A stretch of 61,615 nt of DNA, from positions 1 to 61,615 of the forward strand of contig JAAYLQ010000127.1 of the NCBI GenBank assembly GCA_012521805.1. The letters are read 5' to 3'. The notes under the pieces were generated by a model. That model saw only the letters and a program-made list of their open reading frames with translations. It made no database searches and was not told the DNA's origin. Made by a program: the position numbers and the translations under genes. Every line of letters begins with the position of its first letter. Within the stretch, counting starts at the first letter, position 1. This DNA comes from Bacillota bacterium. GTDB lineage: Bacteria > Bacillota > Limnochordia > Darwinibacteriales > DTU012. Of the stretch, positions 46,847 to 55,435 are shown piece by piece.

Positions 46847-47605
46847 GTGCGCTTTTTAGTAACCAATGACGATGGAATATATGCAGAAGGCATACGGGTC
46901 CTAATAGAAACTCTGGCTCGCCTTGGTGACGTTTATGTAGTAGCTCCCAATCAAGAGCGCAGTGGTGTGGGACATGGTATCACCGTCAATCGACCCCTCA
47001 GGATTGAAAGGGTTTCCTTTTTCTCAGGTATTAAGGAAGCTTATATGATGGATGGCACACCAGCAGATTGTGTTAAACTGGCAATTGAGGCTATGGAGCT
47101 GGAAGTTGATTTTGTGATATCAGGGATCAACAATGGGGCGAATCTCGGTACAGATGTTTTTTATTCTGGAACTGTGGCAGCAGCCTTTGAGGGTGCTCTC
47201 CAGAACATTCCATCAATAGCCCTGTCCTTATGTAAAAAGTCTGCTGTGGATCAGGGACTCTACCAAACCGCCGCTGAATGTCTGGTTCAAATCCTCACGA
47301 AACTCAAGAATGCGGCTGTGACTGGCCTGCTGAATGTAAATGTACCGAATATACCGATGGAACAAGTTAAAGGGGTTAGAGCTACAAAACTGGGTGTGGG
47401 CAGGTACAAAAATTTGTTTGAAAAACGCCTAGATCCAAGGGGAAAACCCTATTATTGGATGAAAGGGATCCAATTTGAACTAGAGAATACTGATGAGGAT
47501 GATTACCGCGCAGTTCAACAAGGTTTCGTTTCAATTACGCCATTAAAGATCGATATGACTAATTATGAACAGTTTCAGACTGTTAGGTCGATATTTAACG
47601 AATAA
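46847..47605 (+). CDS. surE: 5'/3'-nucleotidase SurE
   Basis: The sequences RFLVTNDDGIYAEGI, GINNGANLGTDVFYSGTVAAAFEG match SurE. GTG 46847 follows GGAGGAG. Confidence 0.93.
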   Translation: MRFLVTNDDGIYAEGIRVLIETLARLGDVYVVAPNQERSGVGHGITVNRPLRIERVSFFSGIKEAYMMDGTPADCVKLAIEAMELEVDFVISGINNGANLGTDVFYSGTVAAAFEGALQNIPSIALSLCKKSAVDQGLYQTAAECLVQILTKLKNAAVTGLLNVNVPNIPMEQVKGVRATKLGVGRYKNLFEKRLDPRGKPYYWMKGIQFELENTDEDDYRAVQQGFVSITPLKIDMTNYEQFQTVRSIFNE

Positions 47606-47740
47606 CGAAAATTCACTTTCACACCCCGAGAATGGTACCTTGAGACGAATGTTATAATTAGAAAACATCCATACTAGTGTTAAGGTAAAATTTCACCACC
47701 GTTAAAATCTGAGCATATGATTTAACAAGGAGGGGTGAAA

Positions 47741-47935
47741 GTGAACGATAGGTTCCCTAACAATACAGTCAGCCTAGATGTTGAGGAGTTAGGCGAGGTT
47801 AATGCTGAATTTCTTGGCACTTTTAGACGGGAAGATCAAGTGTGCGATTACTACTTAGTTACCACTGAATCCGGGCTCTTATATTATTATGTCCCGCGCA
47901 GTGAAGCTGAAGAAATAAATGGTAATGCAGAATAA
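47741..47935 (+). CDS. hypothetical small protein (64 aa)
   Basis: GTG 47741 follows AAGGAGGGG. No recognisable family. Confidence 0.4.
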   Translation: MNDRFPNNTVSLDVEELGEVNAEFLGTFRREDQVCDYYLVTTESGLLYYYVPRSEAEEINGNAE

Positions 47936-48008
47936 TACGTGCTAGAAAGGTATTTTTTTAAGAGAAGCCAATTAAATATATATATAAATCGAAAAGGGGG
48001 AATCTGCG

Positions 48009-48386
48009 ATGATAGTGGTTGCCAAAGAAGACGTTCTCAATGGTCTCAAGAAGTTCAAGCGCCTAGCCAAGCAGGATCTTTTAGTAAGTCGGTTTACGGA
48101 CGATCCAGAGTTCTGGGTCAAACAGGCTGAAGGGCGAAGAACAGCATACAGCAATCTGATGGAAATAGTTAATGATCATGGGGTAGATCATGCGTATCGA
48201 TATGCCGTTAAAAAATACGCTGGTCTACCTTTTGTTTTTGCAGACAAGAACCAAGAAGCAGAAGTGATTGGGAAAATCCAGGCTCTTGAGATGTTCTTCA
48301 CTATCTTAGGAGTGCAACCACCAGCAAGAAAAGAAATTAAAAATAAAACGAAAACCAAAGATTTAGCTGCCAACGCTCAGCGTTAA
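48009..48386 (+). CDS. hypothetical protein (125 aa, basic C-terminal tail)
   Basis: ATG 48009 follows AAAGGGGGA. No recognisable family. A strong hairpin follows the gene. Confidence 0.5.
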   Translation: MIVVAKEDVLNGLKKFKRLAKQDLLVSRFTDDPEFWVKQAEGRRTAYSNLMEIVNDHGVDHAYRYAVKKYAGLPFVFADKNQEAEVIGKIQALEMFFTILGVQPPARKEIKNKTKTKDLAANAQR

Positions 48387-48420
48387 ACATAAATCAATAT
48401 AAAAGCAGCACAGCAGCAGA

Positions 48421-48465
48421 AAAGCAGTTTGGAGCAAGCTCAAAATGCCCAAACTGCTTTTTGTG
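48421..48465. terminator. hairpin terminator between convergent genes (hypothetical gene + / lexA -)
   Basis: The hairpin is AAAGCAGTTTGG-(16 nt)-CCAAACTGCTTTTT, a 12-bp perfect stem. Confidence 0.75.
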
Positions 48466-48474
48466 TCAACTAGA

Positions 48475-49110
48475 CTATTTTATGCTGCGGAACAATCCGA
48501 TTACTCTTCCTAAAATCAGTACATCTTTGACAATTATCGGTGCCATTGCTGAGTTTTCCGGCTGCAGCCTAATATGAGTTCCTTCATGATAGAATCTTTT
48601 AACTGTTGCTTCCTGTTCATCAACTAAAGCTACAACAATGTCCCCGTTGTTTGCAGCCGCTGTTTTTTCAACAAGAACGTAATCACGGTCAAAAATGCCT
48701 GCCTCAATCATACTATCACCCTGAACCCGAAGCATAAAAACCTCCCGATCATTAACAAAGGCTTGGGGAATAGGGAAGTAGTCTTCTATGTTTTCTACCG
48801 CTAGAATAGGTTCTCCAGCAGTAACTCGACCAACAACTGGTACATTAACAACAGACAGATTTTGGCTGCTGTCGGGATAAATGTCTTCTTCAGTTCTCAA
48901 TATCTCGATTGCTCGCGGTTTAGTTGGATCACGGCGGATATATCCGTAATCTTCCAGTTTACGTAAATGCGCGTGAACAGTAGAACTTGATGCCAAACCT
49001 ACAGCTGCACCAATTTCCCTTACAGATGGAGGATAACCTTTGGTCTGTACCTGATCAAAAATATATTTAAGAATCTTCTTCTGGCGCGCACTTAAATCTT
49101 TAGATTTCAC
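48475..49110 (-). CDS. lexA: SOS repressor LexA
   Basis: GTG 49110 follows AGGAGGAATATCA. The sequences [29 protein letters not shown], the cleavage site TAGEP, and the S24 peptidase motifs GDSM and VKRF are present. Confidence 0.95.
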   Translation of the reverse strand: MKSKDLSARQKKILKYIFDQVQTKGYPPSVREIGAAVGLASSSTVHAHLRKLEDYGYIRRDPTKPRAIEILRTEEDIYPDSSQNLSVVNVPVVGRVTAGEPILAVENIEDYFPIPQAFVNDREVFMLRVQGDSMIEAGIFDRDYVLVEKTAAANNGDIVVALVDEQEATVKRFYHEGTHIRLQPENSAMAPIIVKDVLILGRVIGLFRSIK

Positions 49111-49150
49111 TGATATTCCTCCTAACAGAACCAGGGACAATTCTATGGTA

Positions 49151-49179
49151 ATTATACCACAGCGATTTGCAGAAATCAA
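49151..49179 (-). promoter_or_regulatory. sigma-A promoter of lexA
   Basis: On the minus strand the sequence is TTGATT, a 17-nt spacer, then TATAAT with an extended TG. The -35 element overlaps LexA box 49177-49190. Confidence 0.75.
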
Positions 49180-49190
49180 ACTGTAGTTCG
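49177..49190. promoter_or_regulatory. LexA (Cheo) box 1
   Basis: CAAACTGTAGTTCG compared with the Firmicute consensus CGAAC-N4-GTTCG. The left half matches 4/5 and the right half 5/5. Confidence 0.7.
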
Positions 49191-49210
49191 ATTTTTTTAC
49201 CAACAAACTC

Positions 49211-49239
49211 TTGACAAAACATATGTTCTCAGTTATATT
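49211..49239 (+). promoter_or_regulatory. sigma-A promoter of the yneA-like gene
   Basis: The sequence is TTGACA, a 17-nt spacer, then TATATT. LexA box 2 lies in the spacer. Confidence 0.7.
49216..49229. promoter_or_regulatory. LexA (Cheo) box 2 (degenerate left half)
   Basis: AAAACATATGTTCT. The right half GTTC is perfect and the left half is AAAAC. Confidence 0.5.
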
Positions 49240-49252
49240 AAAGTTGCAATTA

Positions 49253-49266
49253 CGAACAACTGTTCT
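49253..49266. promoter_or_regulatory. LexA (Cheo) box 3
   Basis: CGAACAACTGTTCT is a perfect GAAC-N4-GTTC core. It lies 17 nt upstream of the yneA-like start codon. Confidence 0.8.
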
Positions 49267-49282
49267 CTAGGAGGTTGCCGAG

Positions 49283-49606
49283 ATGAAATTGACCGATGGA
49301 AGCAAATTGTTATTTAATAATGCCCGTTTATTAGTGATCATTCTTGCTACCATTGTGGTAATTATTCTGAGCCTTGCCGGAATAGGAGTTGCCATGAATA
49401 AGTATCAGAGTTACAGTCTACCGAAAGAAGTTACTGAAATAACTGTATCCTACGGGGATACACTTTGGACTATTGCGCAAAAAATTGCTCCAGGCATCGA
49501 TCCCCGCAGAGTAGTTTGGGAGATTCAAGAGCTGAATCAAATCAAATCGTCCCAAATCTTTCCAGGACAAACTCTACAAGTTCCAGTATACGAGACCAGT
49601 AGCTAG
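49283..49606 (+). CDS. yneA: YneA-like SOS cell-division inhibitor (TM plus LysM domain)
   Basis: A 107-aa protein with a TM helix (LLVIILATIVVIILSLAGIGVA) and LysM (ITVSYGDTLWTIAQKI...IQELNQIKSSQIFPGQTLQVP). It is divergent from lexA behind LexA boxes, exactly like B. subtilis yneA. Confidence 0.75.
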   Translation: MKLTDGSKLLFNNARLLVIILATIVVIILSLAGIGVAMNKYQSYSLPKEVTEITVSYGDTLWTIAQKIAPGIDPRRVVWEIQELNQIKSSQIFPGQTLQVPVYETSS

Positions 49607-49916
49607 CCCTTTATGGGCATTTTTCCTATTTTGCGCAAAGACTATCAGCCAGGTTGTTTACCACATCTAATACAAGATTTGGAAGGAATTGATCACGTTC
49701 AAGTAGAACACACTAGGAACCCGATATTTGCCAATTCCATGGCTGTCTTCCGCTTAAGTTGGAAAAATGCTTGAACGCCAATACACAGAATGAAACAGCG
49801 TAAACGGCAATTTGGCTGTAGATACTACCGATGGTGATGATGCCGGTACAATAATGTACGAATTAGATACTTGTTTGAAATTTCTTTATATAATTTCCAG
49901 ATTCAACTTCGTATAA

Positions 49917-49944
49917 TAGATATTATGTAAACTAAAATCGAGAA
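49917..49944. other. dif: dif chromosome-dimer resolution site (XerC/XerD target)
   Basis: ACTTCGTATAA-TAGATA-TTATGTAAACT matches the B. subtilis dif ACTTCCTAGAATATATATTATGTAAACT (from memory) at 25/28 positions. The XerD-side arm matches 11/11. The site lies in a 437-bp ORF-free gap where gene-strand bias flips. Confidence 0.8.
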
Positions 49945-50043
49945 GCTGCTTTGTTGGCTAATGCCAACAGGTATTTGCGTATTTCTGTAGAATCAAATTA
50001 TATTCGAGTTACCAATTACCAGTACAATGACTAGGAGGATTGC

Positions 50044-50856
50044 ATGTATACTAAAGAACAACTATTAGAACACATTCAAGAATTAGGCATTAAACCCGAT
50101 GATACTCTCCTGATTCACTCTTCAATGAAATCAATTGGTCCAGTTGAAGGCCGCGCAGGCACCGTTTTAGACTGCTTCAGCGAATACATGAAGGATGGTC
50201 TGCTCATCTTTCCTACCCACACTTGGGCGCAAATTAACTCAAGGAATCCTGTTTTTGATGTGGAAAACGAACCAACCTGTGTTGGGATCTTAACTGAATT
50301 GTTCCGCAAACGCCCAGGGGTAATCCGTTCCTGGCATCCCACCCACTCAGTCGCAGCTCTGGGCAATGATGCCGCAGAGTTTGTCGAAGGTCAGGAGAAG
50401 TTCAATACGCCCTGTGCAAGAGAAAGCTGCTGGGGTAAACTTTATGACCGGAGAGCTAAAATCCTGTTTATTGGCTGCGGATTAAACCGCAATACGATCA
50501 TCCACGGTGTCGAGGAATGGAACGATATTCCAAACAGACTTACTCCTAATCCCGAGCCATTAAAAGTGCTGACACCTGATGGTAGGTTGCTTGACAGTCC
50601 GCAGTATCGTCACTACAGCCCTCCAGTACCTTTAATTTCGGAGCATTATGTAATCTTAGAAAAACCACTTGTAGAAACTGGAATTGCTACCATTGGCCGC
50701 TTAGGCGATGCTAGAACAATTCTCTGCGATGTGGTGCCGATGGTCAATCTAGTTAGTGATTTTCTCCAGCGGGATCCGGATCTGTTCATGAAAACGGATC
50801 CTATTCCAACGGAATGGTATGCTGGAGTTGAGCCTAACTACGATATCCTTCTTTAA
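50044..50856 (+). CDS. aminoglycoside N(3)-acetyltransferase family protein (AAC(3)/YokD-like)
   Basis: The sequences LGIKPDDTLLIHSSMKSIGPVEG, SWHPTHSVAALG and NTIIHGVEEW are typical AAC(3) family motifs. Confidence 0.85.
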   Translation: MYTKEQLLEHIQELGIKPDDTLLIHSSMKSIGPVEGRAGTVLDCFSEYMKDGLLIFPTHTWAQINSRNPVFDVENEPTCVGILTELFRKRPGVIRSWHPTHSVAALGNDAAEFVEGQEKFNTPCARESCWGKLYDRRAKILFIGCGLNRNTIIHGVEEWNDIPNRLTPNPEPLKVLTPDGRLLDSPQYRHYSPPVPLISEHYVILEKPLVETGIATIGRLGDARTILCDVVPMVNLVSDFLQRDPDLFMKTDPIPTEWYAGVEPNYDILL

Positions 50857-50862
50857 GCAAAA

Positions 50863-50892
50863 ATACCACCTTCCTAAAATGGAAGGTGGTAT
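50863..50892. terminator. hairpin terminator between convergent aac(3)-like and hydrolase genes
   Basis: The hairpin is ATACCACCTTCC-taaaat-GGAAGGTGGTAT, a 12-bp perfect stem. The U-tract is present only for the minus-strand transcript (TTTTGC). Confidence 0.7.
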
Positions 50893-52571
50893 TGATTAAA
50901 TGTAACCTGAGAATGTTTTAAAATCCAATCTCCTAAAATAGTAAGCAGTTCTCGATCTACCCGTCTATTTGGATCGGTGTATGACAGCGGCTCACCGTAG
51001 GTCATTTTTAAAATATGGTCTAAACCCTCAAATATATGCAGTTCACTCTGTTCGTCAGGCAGAGCCGCAGCTAAGGCGTAGGCATCATCTGGTTGAATTT
51101 GGATATCTGCAGTACCCTGCATAATCAAGACTGGAACTTTAACCTCGGCTAAGACCCCTGCAGGATCAGCAGTTAACCAATCTTTGAGCACATCCCTTTG
51201 ATAAACAAACGTAAGGATTAACTGCTCAAACTCCGCAGGCAGGTCATATTGAGAGACATCATACTCGGTGTTATTCAAAACTGCCTGATACATATCATCT
51301 AACGCTTTCACAGCCCGCTCCGGCAGTTCAGGATCATATATCCCTGCTGCTGCGGCAGCCTCGCTTTGAGAAGTAATCTGGCGCTTAATGGTATCAAAAA
51401 AGGGATAGCCAGATCCGGCCAACAGTACAAGCCCCGCCAAATCTTCCCGCTTGCGGGCAACCTCAGAGGCCAGCCAAGCGCCTTCGCTGTGTCCGACAAT
51501 AAAAAGACTTTCAGCATCAACTTTTGTTAAGGTAGCCAAAAGATTAACTACTGCATCGACGTCATTAATGTAATCACTAAACGAGTGAACCTCACCGGTA
51601 CTTTCGCCTACCCCGCGTTTGTCAAACCGGGCGACAACAACTCCTCTCGATGCTAAGTAGTGGGAGATTTCTTTGAGATAGTCAGCAGGTCCTGGCATAA
51701 CATAGCTGTTCCCATCCCGATCAGTAGGACCAGAGCCTGCAACCAGTACTACCCCAGGTAGTTCCCCATCAACTTCCGGAATTGTCATCGTGCCGCTCAA
51801 TTTAGCCCGTTCAACGTTCAAACTGAACTCCAGTTCTTGAAAATTAAAGCCACCGAAATCATCGAAAACCCTTTCAGCTTCCGGATCTAAAGCCAAATCT
51901 ACAGCTTCAATTTCAAAAGCCTGCATCGGAATATGCAGCTTGACTAAACTGCGATCAATTTGCTCTACCCATACATCAACGACGACACCTATATTAATCT
52001 GAAAATGATCAGTGGCATGCTGCCCTATCAATTCTTCACCAACATAGCTGATTATCATCGGTGCTAGTTGGGTTCCGTAAGGCAGCTGAACCGGTACCAC
52101 TAAGCTGCTCTCCAATACATCCATGCTGGATTTATCAAAAATCCAGGTAGCAACCATATAGTCTGAAATTACATTGTTGTCTAGTGCTAAGACATTACTG
52201 TTGGGCAGCTCAACTGTTTGTCCCAACTGCTTAATCGTATATGCAGTTGAGTCCGCCCACTGCAGTTCCAGATCCAGCACTCCACCGGCCTTAACTGAGA
52301 AATTATAACTCACGGGTTTCTTTGGAAAATCAATTCCAGCAAACAGATATTCGCTGTGGATTTCCAGTCCCATCTGTGGATAAACGACAACTGTACTTAA
52401 GTTGGTTTGATCCGCTCCTTGAGAAATTTCAATTGAAGTGGTGCCAATTTCAGCACCAGCCTTTCTAATCACATACTCACGTGTTACAGTTTGGGCATTA
52501 ACACATAACGAGGCACCAATCACTATTGCCAAGGCTGTGAAGAGAATCAACAATCGTTTCGATGCTGTCAC
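50874..52571 (-). CDS. secreted alpha/beta hydrolase with an N-terminal beta-rich domain
   Basis: A signal peptide is present (LLILFTALAIVIGASLCVNAQ). The C-terminal half has VVLVAGSGPTDRDGN, FDKRGVGES and the nucleophile elbow GHSEG. The start is taken at GTG 52571. Confidence 0.8.
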   Translation of the reverse strand: MTASKRLLILFTALAIVIGASLCVNAQTVTREYVIRKAGAEIGTTSIEISQGADQTNLSTVVVYPQMGLEIHSEYLFAGIDFPKKPVSYNFSVKAGGVLDLELQWADSTAYTIKQLGQTVELPNSNVLALDNNVISDYMVATWIFDKSSMDVLESSLVVPVQLPYGTQLAPMIISYVGEELIGQHATDHFQINIGVVVDVWVEQIDRSLVKLHIPMQAFEIEAVDLALDPEAERVFDDFGGFNFQELEFSLNVERAKLSGTMTIPEVDGELPGVVLVAGSGPTDRDGNSYVMPGPADYLKEISHYLASRGVVVARFDKRGVGESTGEVHSFSDYINDVDAVVNLLATLTKVDAESLFIVGHSEGAWLASEVARKREDLAGLVLLAGSGYPFFDTIKRQITSQSEAAAAAGIYDPELPERAVKALDDMYQAVLNNTEYDVSQYDLPAEFEQLILTFVYQRDVLKDWLTADPAGVLAEVKVPVLIMQGTADIQIQPDDAYALAAALPDEQSELHIFEGLDHILKMTYGEPLSYTDPNRRVDRELLTILGDWILKHSQVTFNQYHLPF

Positions 52572-52597
52572 ATGCACCACTCTCCTTGTTGCTAAAT

Positions 52598-53827
52598 CTA
52601 TTCAACTAATTTAACCCGATGATAAACCTTCTTACCCTTCCGCACTATCAAATATCCTTCATCGTCAAATTCTTGTTGAGTAACTAAATAGTCATGCTGT
52701 TTTATTTGGCGATCTGAGAGATATATTCCTCCCTGCTGAATTAATCTTCTTCCCTCCGACCTAGTACTTACTAACTTAACTGTAGTCAGCAGAGTAATTA
52801 AGTCCACTCCCTCACCAAAGTCAGACAGAGATATTTCTGTGGTTGGAATGGATTCGGCATCCCGTCCACCGCCAAACAAAGCTTTTGCTGCAGCTTGAGC
52901 CTCATCGGCAGCCTGTTTACCATGGACATTCTTAGTAATCTCATAAGCCAAAATTTCCTTAGCGTAATTAATCTCGGCACCCTCTAAGGCACCTAATCTT
53001 CTTACTTCATCCATTGGCAGGAAAGTCAGCAGACCGAGGAGGCGCTCCACATTGCTGTCTTCCACATTACGCCAATATTGATAGAAATCATAGGGGCTGG
53101 TGAGATTTGGATCCAACCAAACCGCTCCTGATTCCGTTTTTCCCATTTTCCGACCATCACTTGTAGTCAGGAGCGTAAAAGTCATGCCGTATGCCTGTTT
53201 ACCTGTCATTTTTCTGATCAGTTCTACTCCCCCAAGGATATTAGACCATTGGTCGTTGCCGCCCATCTGAATTACACAGTCATAGTCCTGGAAGAGCTTA
53301 TAAAAGTCAAAAGACTGCATAATCATATAGTTAAACTCCAGAAAAGTTAGACCCCGTTCCATTCTTGACTTATAGCATTCCGCGGAAAGCATCCGGTTTA
53401 CCGAGAAGTGGACCCCAATTTCCCGGATAAATTCAATATAATTAAGAGACCGCAGCCAGTCAGCGTTGTTAACCATCAAGGCTTTGCCATCACTAAAATC
53501 TATGAAGCGAGAGAGCTGTTTTTTAAAAGCTTGTGCGTTAGCTTCAATTTCTTCAACGGTCATCATGCGGCGCATATCCGTCTTACCTGTCGGATCCCCC
53601 ACCATGACGGTGCCTCCACCAATCAGAGCAATCGGTCGATGTCCTGCTCGCTGCATATGGGCCATTGCCATCACTGTTAAGAAATGACCAACTGTTAAGC
53701 TGCTGGCCGTTGGGTCAAATCCGATATAGAAAGAAACCTTTTCTTTACCTAATAATTCGCGGATCTCATCTTCATGAGTAGTTTGTTCGATGAATCCCCG
53801 TTCTTTTAGAATGTCGAATACATTCAC
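52598..53827 (-). CDS. tyrS: tyrosine--tRNA ligase
   Basis: The HIGH motif (LTVGHFL) and the KMSKS-like motif (KMGKT) are present, with a C-terminal S4 domain ([16 protein letters not shown]). GTG 53827 lies 9 nt after AGGGAG. Confidence 0.96.
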   Translation of the reverse strand: MNVFDILKERGFIEQTTHEDEIRELLGKEKVSFYIGFDPTASSLTVGHFLTVMAMAHMQRAGHRPIALIGGGTVMVGDPTGKTDMRRMMTVEEIEANAQAFKKQLSRFIDFSDGKALMVNNADWLRSLNYIEFIREIGVHFSVNRMLSAECYKSRMERGLTFLEFNYMIMQSFDFYKLFQDYDCVIQMGGNDQWSNILGGVELIRKMTGKQAYGMTFTLLTTSDGRKMGKTESGAVWLDPNLTSPYDFYQYWRNVEDSNVERLLGLLTFLPMDEVRRLGALEGAEINYAKEILAYEITKNVHGKQAADEAQAAAKALFGGGRDAESIPTTEISLSDFGEGVDLITLLTTVKLVSTRSEGRRLIQQGGIYLSDRQIKQHDYLVTQQEFDDEGYLIVRKGKKVYHRVKLVE

Positions 53828-53849
53828 AAATACCAACTCCCTAGTTTAT

Positions 53850-54085
53850 TATTGCTGAATATAAAAAATGGCGGTTACCAAAAAGGACGAGCTTTACCCG
53901 TGGTACCACCTTACTTTGCATTAAAAAAATTAATGCCTCTAAATCATGATAACGGATGATTCGAACCCGTGAAGGTTTCCCTTCAATGCTCCAGAACCGT
54001 AATTCGAAAACCGTGTGCTGCAGAACTCGCACCAACCGTTCTGCTCTCTGAAATTGTAACCACGTCTTTCTACTTAATTCCTTCT
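53850..54085 (-). promoter_or_regulatory. T-box leader (tyrosine-specific) controlling tyrS
   Basis: On the minus strand, Stem I has an AGAGAG bulge and a GGTGCGA distal loop. A UAC (Tyr) codon lies in ...GAAUUACGG... (53999-54001). The T-box sequence AAGGTGGTACCACGGG lies within 53897-53916 and is followed by a U-run before the RBS. Confidence 0.8.
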
Positions 54086-54230
54086 CAGCATATAATCATT
54101 ATTTACACGATTATGTTCAATAATACCATAATTCCACTGGATAATCAACCAAATCCATACAGGCAGGACAAAACAAACCGATACCGAAGTAAGGTTGTAA
54201 ACTATATGCACTAATGAAGAGGTGTCTAAA

Positions 54231-55397
54231 TTGCAGAACAGGCAGTATTATCTTAATCCCTATCAAACTGTTTTTCAAGCTAAAGTTACAGCCTCAGAAA
54301 AAAGCGGGGATCAATACCACATAGTCTTGGATAATACAATTTTTTACCCCGAAGGAGGCGGTCAGCCTTCCGACAGCGGGTTTGTCGATGAAATCCCTGT
54401 CATCGATGTCTATGAACAAAACGGTTTAGTCTATCATGTGCTGCCAGAACTACCGAAAAGCAATCTTGTGGAATGCAGGATCGATTGGCAGCGACGCTTC
54501 TATCACATGCAGCATCACACAGGACAGCATTTATTATCAGCAATTTTTTTTAGGGAGTTTGGCTATCAAACCTGGGGATTTCATTTATCTGAGGATTATT
54601 CAACCTTGGACATTACAGCGAGCGATTTACCTGACGAATTAGTGAAAGATGCAGAAATTAAGGTTAACCGCCTGATTCAGGCTGATAAAAGTATTAAGAC
54701 TTATTTCATCTCTGAGTCGGTAAATCTAGGCACAAACCTGCTGCGAAAAGAACCGCAGGTAGACTCCAGCATCCGTATCGTAGAAATATCTGATTATGAT
54801 GCTGTGCCGTGCTGCGGTACCCATCTTTCTACAACAGGACAAGTTGGCTTAATTAAGATTATGAAAACGGAAAAAATCAGGGGTATGACCCGCATCTACT
54901 ATCGCTGTGGAGAAGCAGCTTTTAGAGATTACCAGGATAAATTTGAAACCGTTGCTAAGCTGGCCCTTATGTTCTCCAGCTCAGATCAGGATGTATTAGC
55001 TAGAGTTACTGGTGAGTTGGAGCGAAAACGCGAACTCGAGCAAAACTACAAAACCATTAAACAACAATTCTTGGCCTATAAGGCAGCTGAGATTGTGTCA
55101 CAAACAGAAAGTCAGCTGCTTGTTCATCATCTAGGACATCATGAAGACATCGATACTGCCCAGAGTTTGGCCAGGGAAATCTTAGCTTTAGGCAGCTTTT
55201 TTGTGCTGATAACTGTCGGTAATCGTGTACTGCTCTCCCACAACCTTAACGCAGAGATTAATTGTGGTTTGATCGTTAAAAATCACGGACTGCCACTAGG
55301 TGGCCGCGGAGGCGGCAAGAAGGATTTTGCTCAAGTGTATTTTCCTTCCCAAACAGAACTCGACGCATTTATCACTACTGTCAAAACCCTGATATAA
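54231..55397 (+). CDS. alaX: alanyl-tRNA editing protein AlaX-L (AlaRS editing domain plus DHHA1)
   Basis: The sequences TIFYPEGGGQPSDSG, the Zn motifs HTGQHLLSA and CCGTH, and the C-terminal GGRGGGK are present. The start is uncertain (TTG 54231 or GTG 54222). Confidence 0.85.
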   Translation: MQNRQYYLNPYQTVFQAKVTASEKSGDQYHIVLDNTIFYPEGGGQPSDSGFVDEIPVIDVYEQNGLVYHVLPELPKSNLVECRIDWQRRFYHMQHHTGQHLLSAIFFREFGYQTWGFHLSEDYSTLDITASDLPDELVKDAEIKVNRLIQADKSIKTYFISESVNLGTNLLRKEPQVDSSIRIVEISDYDAVPCCGTHLSTTGQVGLIKIMKTEKIRGMTRIYYRCGEAAFRDYQDKFETVAKLALMFSSSDQDVLARVTGELERKRELEQNYKTIKQQFLAYKAAEIVSQTESQLLVHHLGHHEDIDTAQSLAREILALGSFFVLITVGNRVLLSHNLNAEINCGLIVKNHGLPLGGRGGGKKDFAQVYFPSQTELDAFITTVKTLI

Positions 55398-55401
55398 TAG
55401 A

Positions 55402-55430
55402 ACAGGACCCAAATTAGGGCCCTGTATTTG
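55402..55430. terminator. hairpin between convergent alaX and lipoprotein genes
   Basis: The hairpin is ACAGGACCC-aaatta-GGGCCCTGT with one mismatch, followed by ATTTG. Confidence 0.55.
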
Positions 55431-55435
55431 TATTA

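Noticed and set aside
47939-48154. Overlapping 60-63-aa ORFs on both strands lie at the start of the 125-aa hypothetical gene.
   Set aside because: They have no RBS and overlap the better-supported ATG 48009 ORF. Their products are Arg/Ser-rich and of low complexity.
50881-50908. A possible second dif-like site lies after the AAC(3) gene (…TTAAATGTAACCT).
   Set aside because: Only about 15/28 positions match the dif at 49917, and 8/11 in the XerD arm. The site overlaps the terminator hairpin. This is not distinguishable from chance without a profile search.
53958-53968. A GGGTTCGAATC sequence on the minus strand resembles a tRNA T-arm/T-loop.
   Set aside because: No acceptor, D or anticodon stems can be built around it. 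It lies inside the T-box leader of tyrS (Stem II/IIA-B region). The 64-aa ORF at 53841-54035 in the same region is likewise spurious.
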